Below, piece by piece: positions 9,079-18,151 of a stretch of 64,000 nucleotides of DNA. Within the stretch, counting starts at the first letter, position 1. The number at the start of each line of letters is the position of its first letter. The translations under genes were made by a program, and so were the position numbers. Below the pieces are notes generated by a model. The model was not told the origin of the DNA and did not search any database. It saw only the letters and a program-made list of their open reading frames with translations. The DNA lies in the NCBI GenBank assembly GCA_963782055.1, contig CAWAIF010000003.1, positions 6,368,001 through 6,432,000 of the forward strand. Direction: 5' to 3'. Source of the stretch: an uncultured delta proteobacterium. GTDB lineage: Bacteria; Myxococcota_A; Polyangia; Polyangiales; Polyangiaceae.

Positions 9079-10513
9079 CATGCCCGATCTCTTAAGCACC
9101 GATCGCCCCAAGTTTGAGGGCGATTCGTTTCCTGGAGCGTGAAGGTTGTCGTTCGCGTGCCAGAGCGACGAGTGCCGCGCCCACGGTGGTCACGACGGCA
9201 GTCCACGCGGCGGTGCTCAGGGAGACGAGGGCGTCGACCAGGTCCCGCGCGTAGGCGCGCACGACGTGCAACGTCGCCAGGGGGCGCAGTTGCTCGAGAG
9301 GGACGTCGCGCGCGAGTGCAGCCTGGATCCTGACCGAGCGCACGAGCGCGTGGGCGAGCATCGCGCCGTAGGTGAGCGCCTTGATCGCGTGGGGATCGGC
9401 GGTGAAGGAGCGGCCGAGGTCGGCGGTCTGCTTCAGCTCGCGAAAGAGCAGCTCGATCAGCCAGCGGAGTCGGTAGGTCTGGATGATCTGCCGTGGCGAG
9501 AGCACGCTGCGCGGCACGGTGGTCAGGTACCAGCGGATGACGGTCGACTTGTGCGCGAGTCCCACGAGCCGCAATGCGACGGTGTCCTTGCCCTTGCCCC
9601 ACGTCACGTCGAGGTCGAAGATCGTCCCGCGCTTGCGCGACACGCTCTGCAGGTAGTAGCCAAGCGACCAGTTGTGGAGCGGGGTGTGGCCGTTCTCCGA
9701 GATGTGCGCGGTCACGCGTACCTTCGCCGTGGTCTTGAGGCGCATCAGCACGTGCGCGCCGGCAGCCTTCGCCTGCGTGAACAGAGCGCGCTCGAAAAAG
9801 CCGAGGTCGAAGAGGTAGAGCACCCCGCGCGTGAAGCTCGGGACCAGCTTCCGCCACAGCGGCGTCTCCGACGCGGTCTCCGCGTCGGAGACGCCGTGCT
9901 CGAGCAGGCCGGTCTTGATGCTGTAGCCCATCACCCACTTGGTGCCGGCCTTGCCCTTGGTGCATCCCGGCAGCAGCTCGCGCCCGCGCGGTGGCACGCG
10001 CTGCCCCGTACCGTCGTAGACCCGCACGTCCTCGAAGCGGGCGAGCGGCCCGCTCAGCTCCAGGCCCGCCGCCTTCGTCACTGACGCCACGAGGTGCTCG
10101 AGCGCCGCGCGGAAGAACGCCGCCGCCGACTCCTGCTTGAACCGCTTCTGGAACGGGCACGGGCGCATGAAGCCGAAGCGCCTCACGAAGATCGCCCGCA
10201 GCGACTCGAACGACAGCGTCTGGCCCGCGAGGAACCCCTCGACGACCGTGAGCACCAGGCGGAACGCGGTGGCGCGCCGCTGCCGCGGGTTGTAGCCGGT
10301 GCGGCCCCGAAGCTCGTCGATGAGCGCCGGCGTGAAAGCTGCTCCTCCACCGCGCTCGCCTCTTCGCTCGGGTCTGGACGGCTGCTCGTGGCTCGGGTAG
10401 CTCTCGTCGTCATCGGGCGTCCTCTCCTTGTTGGTGTCGCAACCGAACAACGAGAAAGGCGCCCGATTTATTTCCATCATTCCGCCACGTTATGTCCAAA
10501 GGATCTGGCCATG
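9079..10513 (-). mobile_element. IS4-family insertion sequence, 1435 bp
   Basis: Ends read inward as CATGCCCGATCTCTT and CATGGCCAGATCCTTT (imperfect IR). Perfect 10-bp direct repeat GCCAGCGGAC at 9069-9078 and 10514-10523. Confidence 0.92.
9092..10480 (-). CDS. IS4-family DDE transposase (N-terminus uncertain)
   Basis: DDE motifs VYDGT and LFDLGFF, plus YRLRWLIELLFRELK (IS4 YREK signature). The stop codon lies inside the terminal IR. Confidence 0.92.
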   Translation of the reverse strand: MMEINRAPFSLFGCDTNKERTPDDDESYPSHEQPSRPERRGERGGGAAFTPALIDELRGRTGYNPRQRRATAFRLVLTVVEGFLAGQTLSFESLRAIFVRRFGFMRPCPFQKRFKQESAAAFFRAALEHLVASVTKAAGLELSGPLARFEDVRVYDGTGQRVPPRGRELLPGCTKGKAGTKWVMGYSIKTGLLEHGVSDAETASETPLWRKLVPSFTRGVLYLFDLGFFERALFTQAKAAGAHVLMRLKTTAKVRVTAHISENGHTPLHNWSLGYYLQSVSRKRGTIFDLDVTWGKGKDTVALRLVGLAHKSTVIRWYLTTVPRSVLSPRQIIQTYRLRWLIELLFRELKQTADLGRSFTADPHAIKALTYGAMLAHALVRSVRIQAALARDVPLEQLRPLATLHVVRAYARDLVDALVSLSTAAWTAVVTTVGAALVALARERQPSRSRKRIALKLGAIGA

Positions 10514-10819
10514 GCCAGCGGACTCCTTCCGCACCCGTAGTTGGGTACGGGCGAGGAAGCGTACTCTGCACGGCCCGCTTCACCGGGCGCGGGTGCGCCG
10601 CGGCGCTTCTCGGAAAGACCCAGTCGCTCGCGCCCGCCGACCCCGGCAACTTGGTTGACCACCCTGAGCCGTTCTGGCGACTTGCTGCTGGCGATGCCGT
10701 GCAGTTGCTGACACCCATCGGCTGTCAGAGGTTGCACAACCTGGCACGCCGACCGCGCGCGATCCGCCCTGAAATCGCGGGGCGATCCCGTGGCATCGGA
10801 CGTGCAGGCAATCGGGGGG

Positions 10820-12745
10820 ATGGATGAGCGTCGCTGCACGCCGGTGGTCCTGGTGGTCGGTCTGCTCTGCGCGCTGGCCGGGGCGCTCGGGTGTCGGTCG
10901 AGCAGCGTCTTCCCCGACCCGGACGACGCCGGGTGGAACGGCGACGGCGGAGGCTCGCCGCTGCCCGCGGACGGCGGCTTTCCCCCTCCGGTGGGCACCC
11001 TCTTCGGCGGCGCGGCCGTGCAGGCGGACGCGCCGCCGCCGCCCCTCTCCGGCGGGTCCCTCCTGGTCGTTCACAGCCCCGAGCTCGGGCGGCTCGCGGT
11101 CGCGTCCGACCCGGACGAGGACAAGGTGGACGTGGTCGCGCTGGACCCGACCGCGCAGGACGCCGGCGACGCGGGGTCGGTGCTCGGCACCGTCGCGCTG
11201 CAGCCGGGTGACGAGCCCGGGCGCCTCGTCGCCGACGCCGCGGGGCACGTGCACGTCGCGCTCCGCCGCGGCGGCGCGGTCGTCACGATCGACCCGGCGA
11301 CGCAGACGCTGCTCGCCCGCACGCCCGTGTGTCCCGCGCCCCGCGGGCTCGACTACGACCCGCAGACCGACTCGGTCATCGTCGCGTGCGCGACGGGCGA
11401 GCTCGTCACGCTCCCGGCGGCGGGCGGCGCGCCCACCCGCGTGGTCCGCCTCGACCGCGATCTGCGCGACGTGATCGTCGACGGAGACAAGTTGTATGTT
11501 ACACGCTTCCGCAGCGCCGAGGTCCTCACGCTCGACGCGAGCGGTGCCGTCGTCGCGCGCACGAGGCCCGCGCCCTCGCCCGGCTTCTCGCCCGACGTCG
11601 CCTGGCGCGCCGTGCGCACCCCGGACGATCGCATCGCCATGCTGCACCAGCTCGCGTCGGACGGTCCGATCGACGTGGCGGTGCCCAACGCGTACGGGGG
11701 CGCCGGTGCGCCGGACGCCGGGAAGACCCCGGGCGTCGTCCTGCCGGAGGTGACCTTCTTCACGAAGGGCGTCTCCGGCCCGCAGACGCTCGCCTTCGCC
11801 AAGGGCCCGGTGATCGACGTCGCCGCCACCGCGGACGGGCGTCTGCTCCTCGTCCCGGTGCGGAGCGCCGCGATGCTCATCGTGCAGGCGGACGGGACGC
11901 TCTCCGGCACCGGCCTCGTCCCGGCGCACGCGGGCGGTGGGAGCCCGGCGCTGCCGAGCGCGGTCGTCGCGGTGGCGTTCGCGCCGGCGGACGGGACGCA
12001 CGGAGACGCGGTGGTCCTGCAGCAGCGCGATCCGGCCGCGCTCCTGGTTGCGCCCCTCCGGACGTCCGACGTGGGCCCCTACGAGTCCATCCCCCTTCCC
12101 CAGGCGAAGGCGCACCTCGACACCGGCTTCGCCGTGTTCCACCAGCCGGTGGGCGCCGGCCTGGCGTGTATCAGCTGCCACGCGGAGGGCGGCGACGACG
12201 GGCACGTCTGGCACTTCGTCGAGAAGGGCGAGGCGCACGCCCGCCGGACGCAGTCGCTCCGCGGCGGCGTCGTCGCGGGGAGCGCGCCGTACCACTGGGA
12301 CGGCAACGAGGCGGACCTCTCGGCGCTCGCCGGCGACGTCCTCACCACGCGCATGGGCGCCATGGCCAAGCTGACGAACGCCCAGCTCGGCGTCGTCGCG
12401 CGCTGGCTGGGCGCCATCCCCCGCATCCCCGCGCGGACCGACCTCGCCCCGGACGAGGTCGCCGCCGGCAAGGCCATCTTCGAGGGCACCGGCGGGTGCG
12501 TCGCGTGCCACAACGGCCCGAAGGGAACGCTCCCCGGCAACGTCGACGTCGGCCGCGAAGCGCCGCTCCAGGTCCCGATGCTCCTCGGCGTCGGCGACCG
12601 AGCCCCCTACATGCACGACGGCTGCGCGAAGACGCTCATGGACCGCCTCACCGACACGTCCTGCGCCGGCTCCCTCCACGGCGACACCAAGTCCCTCACG
12701 GCCACCGACCGGGAGGACCTGGTCGCCTATCTCGAGTCCCTCTGA
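10820..12745 (+). CDS. Lipoprotein with a beta-propeller and a di-heme cytochrome c (CcP/MauG-like) domain
   Basis: Lipobox ALGC and YVTN-like repeats (PRGLDYDP). Heme motifs CISCH and CVACH, plus PYHWDG and APYMHDG. Confidence 0.88.
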   Translation: MDERRCTPVVLVVGLLCALAGALGCRSSSVFPDPDDAGWNGDGGGSPLPADGGFPPPVGTLFGGAAVQADAPPPPLSGGSLLVVHSPELGRLAVASDPDEDKVDVVALDPTAQDAGDAGSVLGTVALQPGDEPGRLVADAAGHVHVALRRGGAVVTIDPATQTLLARTPVCPAPRGLDYDPQTDSVIVACATGELVTLPAAGGAPTRVVRLDRDLRDVIVDGDKLYVTRFRSAEVLTLDASGAVVARTRPAPSPGFSPDVAWRAVRTPDDRIAMLHQLASDGPIDVAVPNAYGGAGAPDAGKTPGVVLPEVTFFTKGVSGPQTLAFAKGPVIDVAATADGRLLLVPVRSAAMLIVQADGTLSGTGLVPAHAGGGSPALPSAVVAVAFAPADGTHGDAVVLQQRDPAALLVAPLRTSDVGPYESIPLPQAKAHLDTGFAVFHQPVGAGLACISCHAEGGDDGHVWHFVEKGEAHARRTQSLRGGVVAGSAPYHWDGNEADLSALAGDVLTTRMGAMAKLTNAQLGVVARWLGAIPRIPARTDLAPDEVAAGKAIFEGTGGCVACHNGPKGTLPGNVDVGREAPLQVPMLLGVGDRAPYMHDGCAKTLMDRLTDTSCAGSLHGDTKSLTATDREDLVAYLESL

Positions 12746-12852
12746 GTCAGCGTTCGCGAATCACGACCGCCCCGCGCCTGAGCTCGAACGCCGGCCCCCG
12801 ATGACGCTCGGGCTTGCGCCGGGGGCCCCATACCATCCACCATGCCCGTCGC

Positions 12853-13245
12853 ATGCGGTCCCGGCCCATCCACGCGCTGCGCCTCGCGCTCTCGGTCGCC
12901 CTCGCGGCCGTGTGCTGGCTGGTCGCCGGGTCCGCCCACGCCGCCGCGCCGCAGTGCGACGAGCGCGGGGCGATCACCTTCGCCCCCAACCCCACGCTCC
13001 AGGAGCCGAACGCTTCGGTGGAGACGTCGGTCGATTGCCAGACTCCCTCGCTCCCCACGCAGGCCTACGAGCACGGCCGGTCGCAGGGTCCGGAGGGCAG
13101 CGCCGCCGCCGCGGTGCGGGCGCTGCCCGCCTCCCCGGTGCTCCTGACGCCCGCCCCCCTGCGCGCCGTGCTGCCGCCCCCGGCAGAGGTCTCACGTCCC
13201 CCGGCGGGCGTGTGCTCACGCGTCGAGCGCCCACCGCGCGCGTGA
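12853..13245 (+). CDS. Small secreted Pro-rich protein ending in RVERPPRA
   Basis: Sec signal peptide with AHA cleavage site, GC3-biased codons, and 3 Cys in the mature part. Confidence 0.75.
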   Translation: MRSRPIHALRLALSVALAAVCWLVAGSAHAAAPQCDERGAITFAPNPTLQEPNASVETSVDCQTPSLPTQAYEHGRSQGPEGSAAAAVRALPASPVLLTPAPLRAVLPPPAEVSRPPAGVCSRVERPPRA

Positions 13246-13489
13246 TCCGCCCCGGCTCACCGCCGGAGGCCCGAGTGTGACGCCCCGTTTCCTCGCTCCC
13301 GTCCGCGCCCGCGCGGTCGGAGCGAAGGCGCACCTGCCGGTGTGAGCGACAAGCGCCGGCCATGCGTCCGCCAGGGTGCGACCGCCGATCCGGCGGGCGC
13401 ATCGCCGCGGAGGCGTCGAGAGAGTGTGTCCGTGTCCCCGAGGCACGGGCATCGACGTTGTTGCTTGCTTCCAACCCAAGAGAGACATC

Positions 13490-15478
13490 ATGGCAAAGAA
13501 CGACAACAGGCCGCAGTTCGTGCCCCCCGATTCGGGCGGCATCAACACGGGCGTGGCCATCATCGGATTCATCTTCTGCTTCCTCGCCGGCGCCCTGCTC
13601 ATGTGGGGCTACGACGCCAAGCGCCTGCGCAACGGCGACATCAGCGCCGACACCGCGCAGGGGGTCGCCTGGGACGACAGCGACTCGCCCATCCCGATCA
13701 CCAGCAAGGACCCGATGTGGGGCAACCGCGACGCCCCCGTCACCATCGTCCATTTCTCCGACTTCCAGTGCCCCTTCTGCAGCAAGGTCGACGCGACCAT
13801 GCAGCAGATCAAGTCGACCTACGGTCCGGACAAGGTCCGCATCATCTGGAAGAACGAGCCGCTGCCCTTCCACCCGCACGCCAAGCCCACGGCCGAGGCG
13901 GCGATGGGCGTCTTCGCCCTCAAGGGCAACGACGCCTTCTGGAAGTTCCACGACCTCGCCTTCCACAACCAGTCGGCCCTCTCGCCCGAGCAGTGCGAGA
14001 AGTGGGCGAAGCAGGTCGGCGTCGACGTGAACAAGTTCAAGGCCGGCATGGAGGCGCACACCTGGCTCAAGAAGGTGGAGTCCGACCACGCCGAGGCGCA
14101 GAAGGTCGGCGTCAACGGCACGCCCGCCTCCTTCATCAACGGCGTCAGCGTCAGCGGCGCGCAGCCCTTCCCCAAGTTCAAGGCCGTCATCGACCAGGAG
14201 CTGCAGAAGGCGCAGGCGAAGATCGCCAGCGGCACGCCGAAGGACCACGTCTACGTGGTCATGTCCCAGGAGAACCACAAGAACGCGCCGCCCCCGGCCG
14301 ACCAGGAAGAGCAGGACGACAAGACCGTCTTCAAGCTCCCCATCGGCAAGGCGCCCGTCCGCGGCCCCGCCACGGCGCTCGTGACGATCGTCGAGTTTTC
14401 CGACTTCCAGTGCCCGTACTGCAAGCGCGTCGAGCCGACGCTCAAGGCGCTCAAGGACAAGTACGGCGACAAGATCCGCCTCGTCTGGAAGAACGAGCCG
14501 CTGCCGTTCCACCCGCGCGCCGAACCTGCCGCGGAGCTCGCCCTCGAGGCGCGCGCCGAGAAGGGTGACGCCGGCTTCTGGGCCGCGCACGACAAGCTCT
14601 TCGAGATGCAGCCCAAGCTGGAGGACTCCGACCTCCAGGGCGCCGCGCAGGCGCTGGGCCTGGACGTGGGCAAGGTGATGGATGCCATCAAGACCCACAA
14701 GTGGAAGCCCGTCCTCGCCGCGGACAGCGACGAGGCCGAGGACTTCCAGGCCTCCGGCACCCCGCACTTCTTCATCGACGGCCGCCGCCTCGTCGGCGCG
14801 CAGCCGCAGGACAAGTTCGAGAAGGTCATCGACGAGGAGATCAAGAAGGCGCAGGACCTCCTCGCCAAGGGCACCAAGCCGGACCAGCTCTACGCGGAGC
14901 TGACCAAGGACGGCAAGGGCCCGGCCGAGCCGGAGAAGAAGGACGTCCCCCTCTCCCCCAACGCCCCCGCGCGCGGGAACCTCAACGCCAAGGTCGTCGT
15001 CCAGGAGTTCTCCGACTTCGAGTGCCCGTACTGCAAGCGGGCCGAGGAGACGGTGAACGAGGTGATGAAGAACTACGGCACCAAGATCAAGTTCGTCTGG
15101 CGCAACATGCCGCTCCCCATGCACCCCGACGCGCCGCTCGCGGCCGAGGCGGCCATGGAGGCGTACCAGCAGAAGGGCGCCGGCGCGTTCTGGGCCATGC
15201 ACGACAAGCTCTTCGCGGGCCAGGGAACGCAGGACGGCCTCAAGCGTCCGGCGCTCGAGAAGTACGCGCAGGAGCTCGGGCTGGACATGGACAAGTTCAA
15301 GTCCTCGCTCGACAACCTCTCGCACAAGGCCGAGATCCTGGCCGACTCCAAGGCCGGCAACGCGGCGGGCATCAACGGCACGCCCGCGTTCGTCATCAAC
15401 GGCTACTTCATCAACGGCGCGCAGCCCTTCTCGAAGTTCCGCAAGGTCATCGAGAGGGCCCTGGCCGAAGCGAAGTGA
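13490..15478 (+). CDS. Membrane-anchored protein with three DsbA/thioredoxin domains
   Basis: One N-terminal TM helix. Active sites DFQCPFC, DFQCPYC and DFECPYC, each with a GTP cis-Pro loop. Confidence 0.95.
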   Translation: MAKNDNRPQFVPPDSGGINTGVAIIGFIFCFLAGALLMWGYDAKRLRNGDISADTAQGVAWDDSDSPIPITSKDPMWGNRDAPVTIVHFSDFQCPFCSKVDATMQQIKSTYGPDKVRIIWKNEPLPFHPHAKPTAEAAMGVFALKGNDAFWKFHDLAFHNQSALSPEQCEKWAKQVGVDVNKFKAGMEAHTWLKKVESDHAEAQKVGVNGTPASFINGVSVSGAQPFPKFKAVIDQELQKAQAKIASGTPKDHVYVVMSQENHKNAPPPADQEEQDDKTVFKLPIGKAPVRGPATALVTIVEFSDFQCPYCKRVEPTLKALKDKYGDKIRLVWKNEPLPFHPRAEPAAELALEARAEKGDAGFWAAHDKLFEMQPKLEDSDLQGAAQALGLDVGKVMDAIKTHKWKPVLAADSDEAEDFQASGTPHFFIDGRRLVGAQPQDKFEKVIDEEIKKAQDLLAKGTKPDQLYAELTKDGKGPAEPEKKDVPLSPNAPARGNLNAKVVVQEFSDFECPYCKRAEETVNEVMKNYGTKIKFVWRNMPLPMHPDAPLAAEAAMEAYQQKGAGAFWAMHDKLFAGQGTQDGLKRPALEKYAQELGLDMDKFKSSLDNLSHKAEILADSKAGNAAGINGTPAFVINGYFINGAQPFSKFRKVIERALAEAK

Positions 15479-15532
15479 CCGCTTCTCCCCCCCTCCCTGC
15501 CAGTCAGGGGGGCGGGGTGAGAGAACCCGCGA

Positions 15533-15572
15533 GCCCCCGGCGTCCTCGAGACGCCGGGGGCCTCGTGTTTTT
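15533..15572 (+). terminator. Intrinsic terminator-like hairpin between the two DsbA genes
   Basis: 12-bp stem GCCCCCGGCGTC / GACGCCGGGGGC with a 5-nt loop, followed by ctcgtgttttt. Confidence 0.65.
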
Positions 15573-15619
15573 GTGCTGCCATGAGACCTCCCGGGGCTTT
15601 TGCGCTAGAAGTCCTTGCC

Positions 15620-17596
15620 GTGAAGAAAGCCCTCGTCCCCTTCGCCCTGCTCGTCTCCCTGGCCGTCGCCTGCGGCGGCGCCACCCCCGCGCCCAAGGAG
15701 TCGGCCGTACAGCTCCCGCACGTCTCCGGCGGCGGCGTGGTGGAGGGCCCCGCGGCCCCGCCCGTCGGCGAGGCGGACGCGACGGTGCCCATCGTCACCG
15801 ACGACCCGACGTGGGGCAGCCGCACGGCGCCCGTCACCATCGTCGAGTTCACCGACTTCCAGTGCCCCTTCTGCGGCCGCGCGGTGGGGACGGTGGAGCA
15901 GCTCGAGCACGACTACGGGCCGGCGCAGCTCCGCGTCGTCTTCAAGAACTACCCGCTCTCCTTCCACCCCTACGCCCGCCCCACGGCCGACGCGGCGGCG
16001 ACGGTGCATGCCCTCGGCGGCGACGACGCCTTCTGGAGCTTCTACCACCAGGCGTTCTCCCACCAGCAGGCGCTCGACGAGCCCAGCCTGGAAGCGTACG
16101 CCCAGCGCGCCGGCGTCAGCCTGGCTGCGTTCCGCTCCGCGCTCCGCGCCAAGCAGTTCAGCAGCAAGGTGGACGCCGACCTGGACCTGGGCAAGCGGCT
16201 GGGCGTCGACGGCACGCCCGCCTTCTTCATCAACGGCACGCGCCTCGTCGGCGCGCAGCCCATCGAGGAGTTCCACAAGACCGTGGACGCCGAGCTCGCC
16301 AAGGCGAAGGCGGAGCTCGCGAAGGGCGTGGCGCCGGCGGCCCTGTACAAGACGGTCGTCGCCGAGAACTACAAGCCCGCCGCCGAGGAGGACGACGAGC
16401 CTCACGCGGACACCACCACGGTGTGGCGCGTCCCGGTGGACGCGAAGGCGCCGGTGCGCGGCGCGGCCACCGCGCTGGTGACCATCGTCGAGTTCGGCGA
16501 CTTCCAGTGCCCGTACTGCAAGCGCGCCGACGCGACGATCAAGGCGCTGCGCGCGGCCTACGGCAACGACCTGCGCGTCGTGTGGCGCAACGAGCCGCTG
16601 CCCTTCCACAAGCGCGCCGAGCCCGCCGCCGAGCTCGCGCTCGAGGCCCGCGCGGAGAAGGGCGACGCCGGCTTCTGGGCCGCGCACGACAAGCTCTTCG
16701 ACACCTCGCCCAAGCTGGAGGACGCCGACCTCGACGCCATCGCCACGGCGCTCAAGCTGAACCTGGCCAAGGTCCACGCCGCCATCGCCAAGCACAAGTA
16801 CCAGAAGGTGATCGACGACGACGTCGACATCGCCGACGACTTCCAGGCCAGCGGCACCCCGCACTTCTTCATCAACGGGCGACGGCTCGTGGGGGCGCAG
16901 CCCATCGAGAAGTTCAAGGCCATCATCGACGAGGAGCTGCCCAAGGCGCGCGCGCTCGTCGCCGCCGGCACCAAGCCCGAGGACGTGTACGCCGGGCTCA
17001 CCAAGGACGGCAAGACACCGCCGCCACCGGAGAAGAACGCGGTGGCCTTCACCGGCAAGGCGCCCACGCGCGGCGCCATCCACGCGCCGGTGAAGATCGT
17101 CGAGCTGGCCGATTTCCAGTGCCCCTTCTGCAAGCGCGCGGAGGACACGGTCAAGCAGGTGCTCAAGGGCTACCCCGGCAAGGTGAAGGTGGAGTGGCGC
17201 CAGATGCCGCTGCGCATGCACTCGCAGGCGCACCTCGCGGCCGAGGCCGCGGCGGAGGCCTTCGCGCAGAAGGGCAACACCGGCTTCTGGAAGCTGCACG
17301 ACCTGATGTACGAGCACCAGACCGATCCCGACGGCCTCTCGCGCGCCAGCATCGAGGGCTACGCGAGGACGGCGGGGCTGGACGTGAAGCGCCTTCACCT
17401 CGCGCTGGAGACGGGCAAGCACGTCGCGGCGATCGACGCCGAGGAGAAGCTGGCCACCGACGCGGGGATCACCGGCACGCCCACCTTCCTCATCAACGGC
17501 TACGTCCTCAGCGGCGCGCAGCCCTACGCCAAGTTCCGCAAGCTCATCGACCGCGCGCTGGCGGAGGCCAAGGCCGCCAAGGGCAAGCACCCTTGA
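15620..17596 (+). CDS. Lipoprotein with three DsbA/thioredoxin domains
   Basis: GTG start and lipobox LAVAC. Active sites CPFC, CPYC and CPFC, each with a GTP loop. Confidence 0.95.
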   Translation: MKKALVPFALLVSLAVACGGATPAPKESAVQLPHVSGGGVVEGPAAPPVGEADATVPIVTDDPTWGSRTAPVTIVEFTDFQCPFCGRAVGTVEQLEHDYGPAQLRVVFKNYPLSFHPYARPTADAAATVHALGGDDAFWSFYHQAFSHQQALDEPSLEAYAQRAGVSLAAFRSALRAKQFSSKVDADLDLGKRLGVDGTPAFFINGTRLVGAQPIEEFHKTVDAELAKAKAELAKGVAPAALYKTVVAENYKPAAEEDDEPHADTTTVWRVPVDAKAPVRGAATALVTIVEFGDFQCPYCKRADATIKALRAAYGNDLRVVWRNEPLPFHKRAEPAAELALEARAEKGDAGFWAAHDKLFDTSPKLEDADLDAIATALKLNLAKVHAAIAKHKYQKVIDDDVDIADDFQASGTPHFFINGRRLVGAQPIEKFKAIIDEELPKARALVAAGTKPEDVYAGLTKDGKTPPPPEKNAVAFTGKAPTRGAIHAPVKIVELADFQCPFCKRAEDTVKQVLKGYPGKVKVEWRQMPLRMHSQAHLAAEAAAEAFAQKGNTGFWKLHDLMYEHQTDPDGLSRASIEGYARTAGLDVKRLHLALETGKHVAAIDAEEKLATDAGITGTPTFLINGYVLSGAQPYAKFRKLIDRALAEAKAAKGKHP

Positions 17597-18147
17597 AGCG
17601 CGCCGCCGCCGTGACCGCCGCCGCCGTCGCGCTCGCGTGGGCGCTGCCGGCGGCCGCGTTCGAGCACCAGCACCACCTGGGCGCCGACGGCGGCCTGGCC
17701 ATCCTCGTCATCGACCAGAAGGGCACGCCCTCGATCGGCGGCGGGGGCGGCCTGCACTACGCCTACGGCCTGACCGACGCCTTCAACCTGATGGTGGAGG
17801 GAGCCTTCTGCCCGGTCGCGCTGGAGGAGCTGCCCGGCAAGGACGTGCCGCACAACCGCCCGACGATGGTGACCAACCTGGGCGCCGGCGTGAGCTACGT
17901 CTTCGACGTGACGCGCTGGGTGCCCTACGTCGGCGTGCTCGCGACGACGTACTGGATGACCGGCGGCACGGTGGACTCCCCCGGCCTCGCCGGCGGCGCG
18001 GCGCTCGCGCTCGGCCTCGACTACGAGTTCACCCGCCACTTCACGATGGGCCTCGCGGTGCGGCAGCACTTCATCTTCTCCGACTTCACCAACTACCCGT
18101 CGTACACGCAGGTGTTCGGGAGGCTGGAGTACACCTGGGGGTTCTGA
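17593..18147 (+). CDS. Small outer-membrane beta-barrel protein
   Basis: TTG overlaps the upstream TGA. Signal peptide, amphipathic strands (VPYVGV, LGLDYEFT) and C-terminal YTWGF. Confidence 0.8.
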   Translation: MKRAAAVTAAAVALAWALPAAAFEHQHHLGADGGLAILVIDQKGTPSIGGGGGLHYAYGLTDAFNLMVEGAFCPVALEELPGKDVPHNRPTMVTNLGAGVSYVFDVTRWVPYVGVLATTYWMTGGTVDSPGLAGGAALALGLDYEFTRHFTMGLAVRQHFIFSDFTNYPSYTQVFGRLEYTWGF

Positions 18148-18151
18148 GAGG

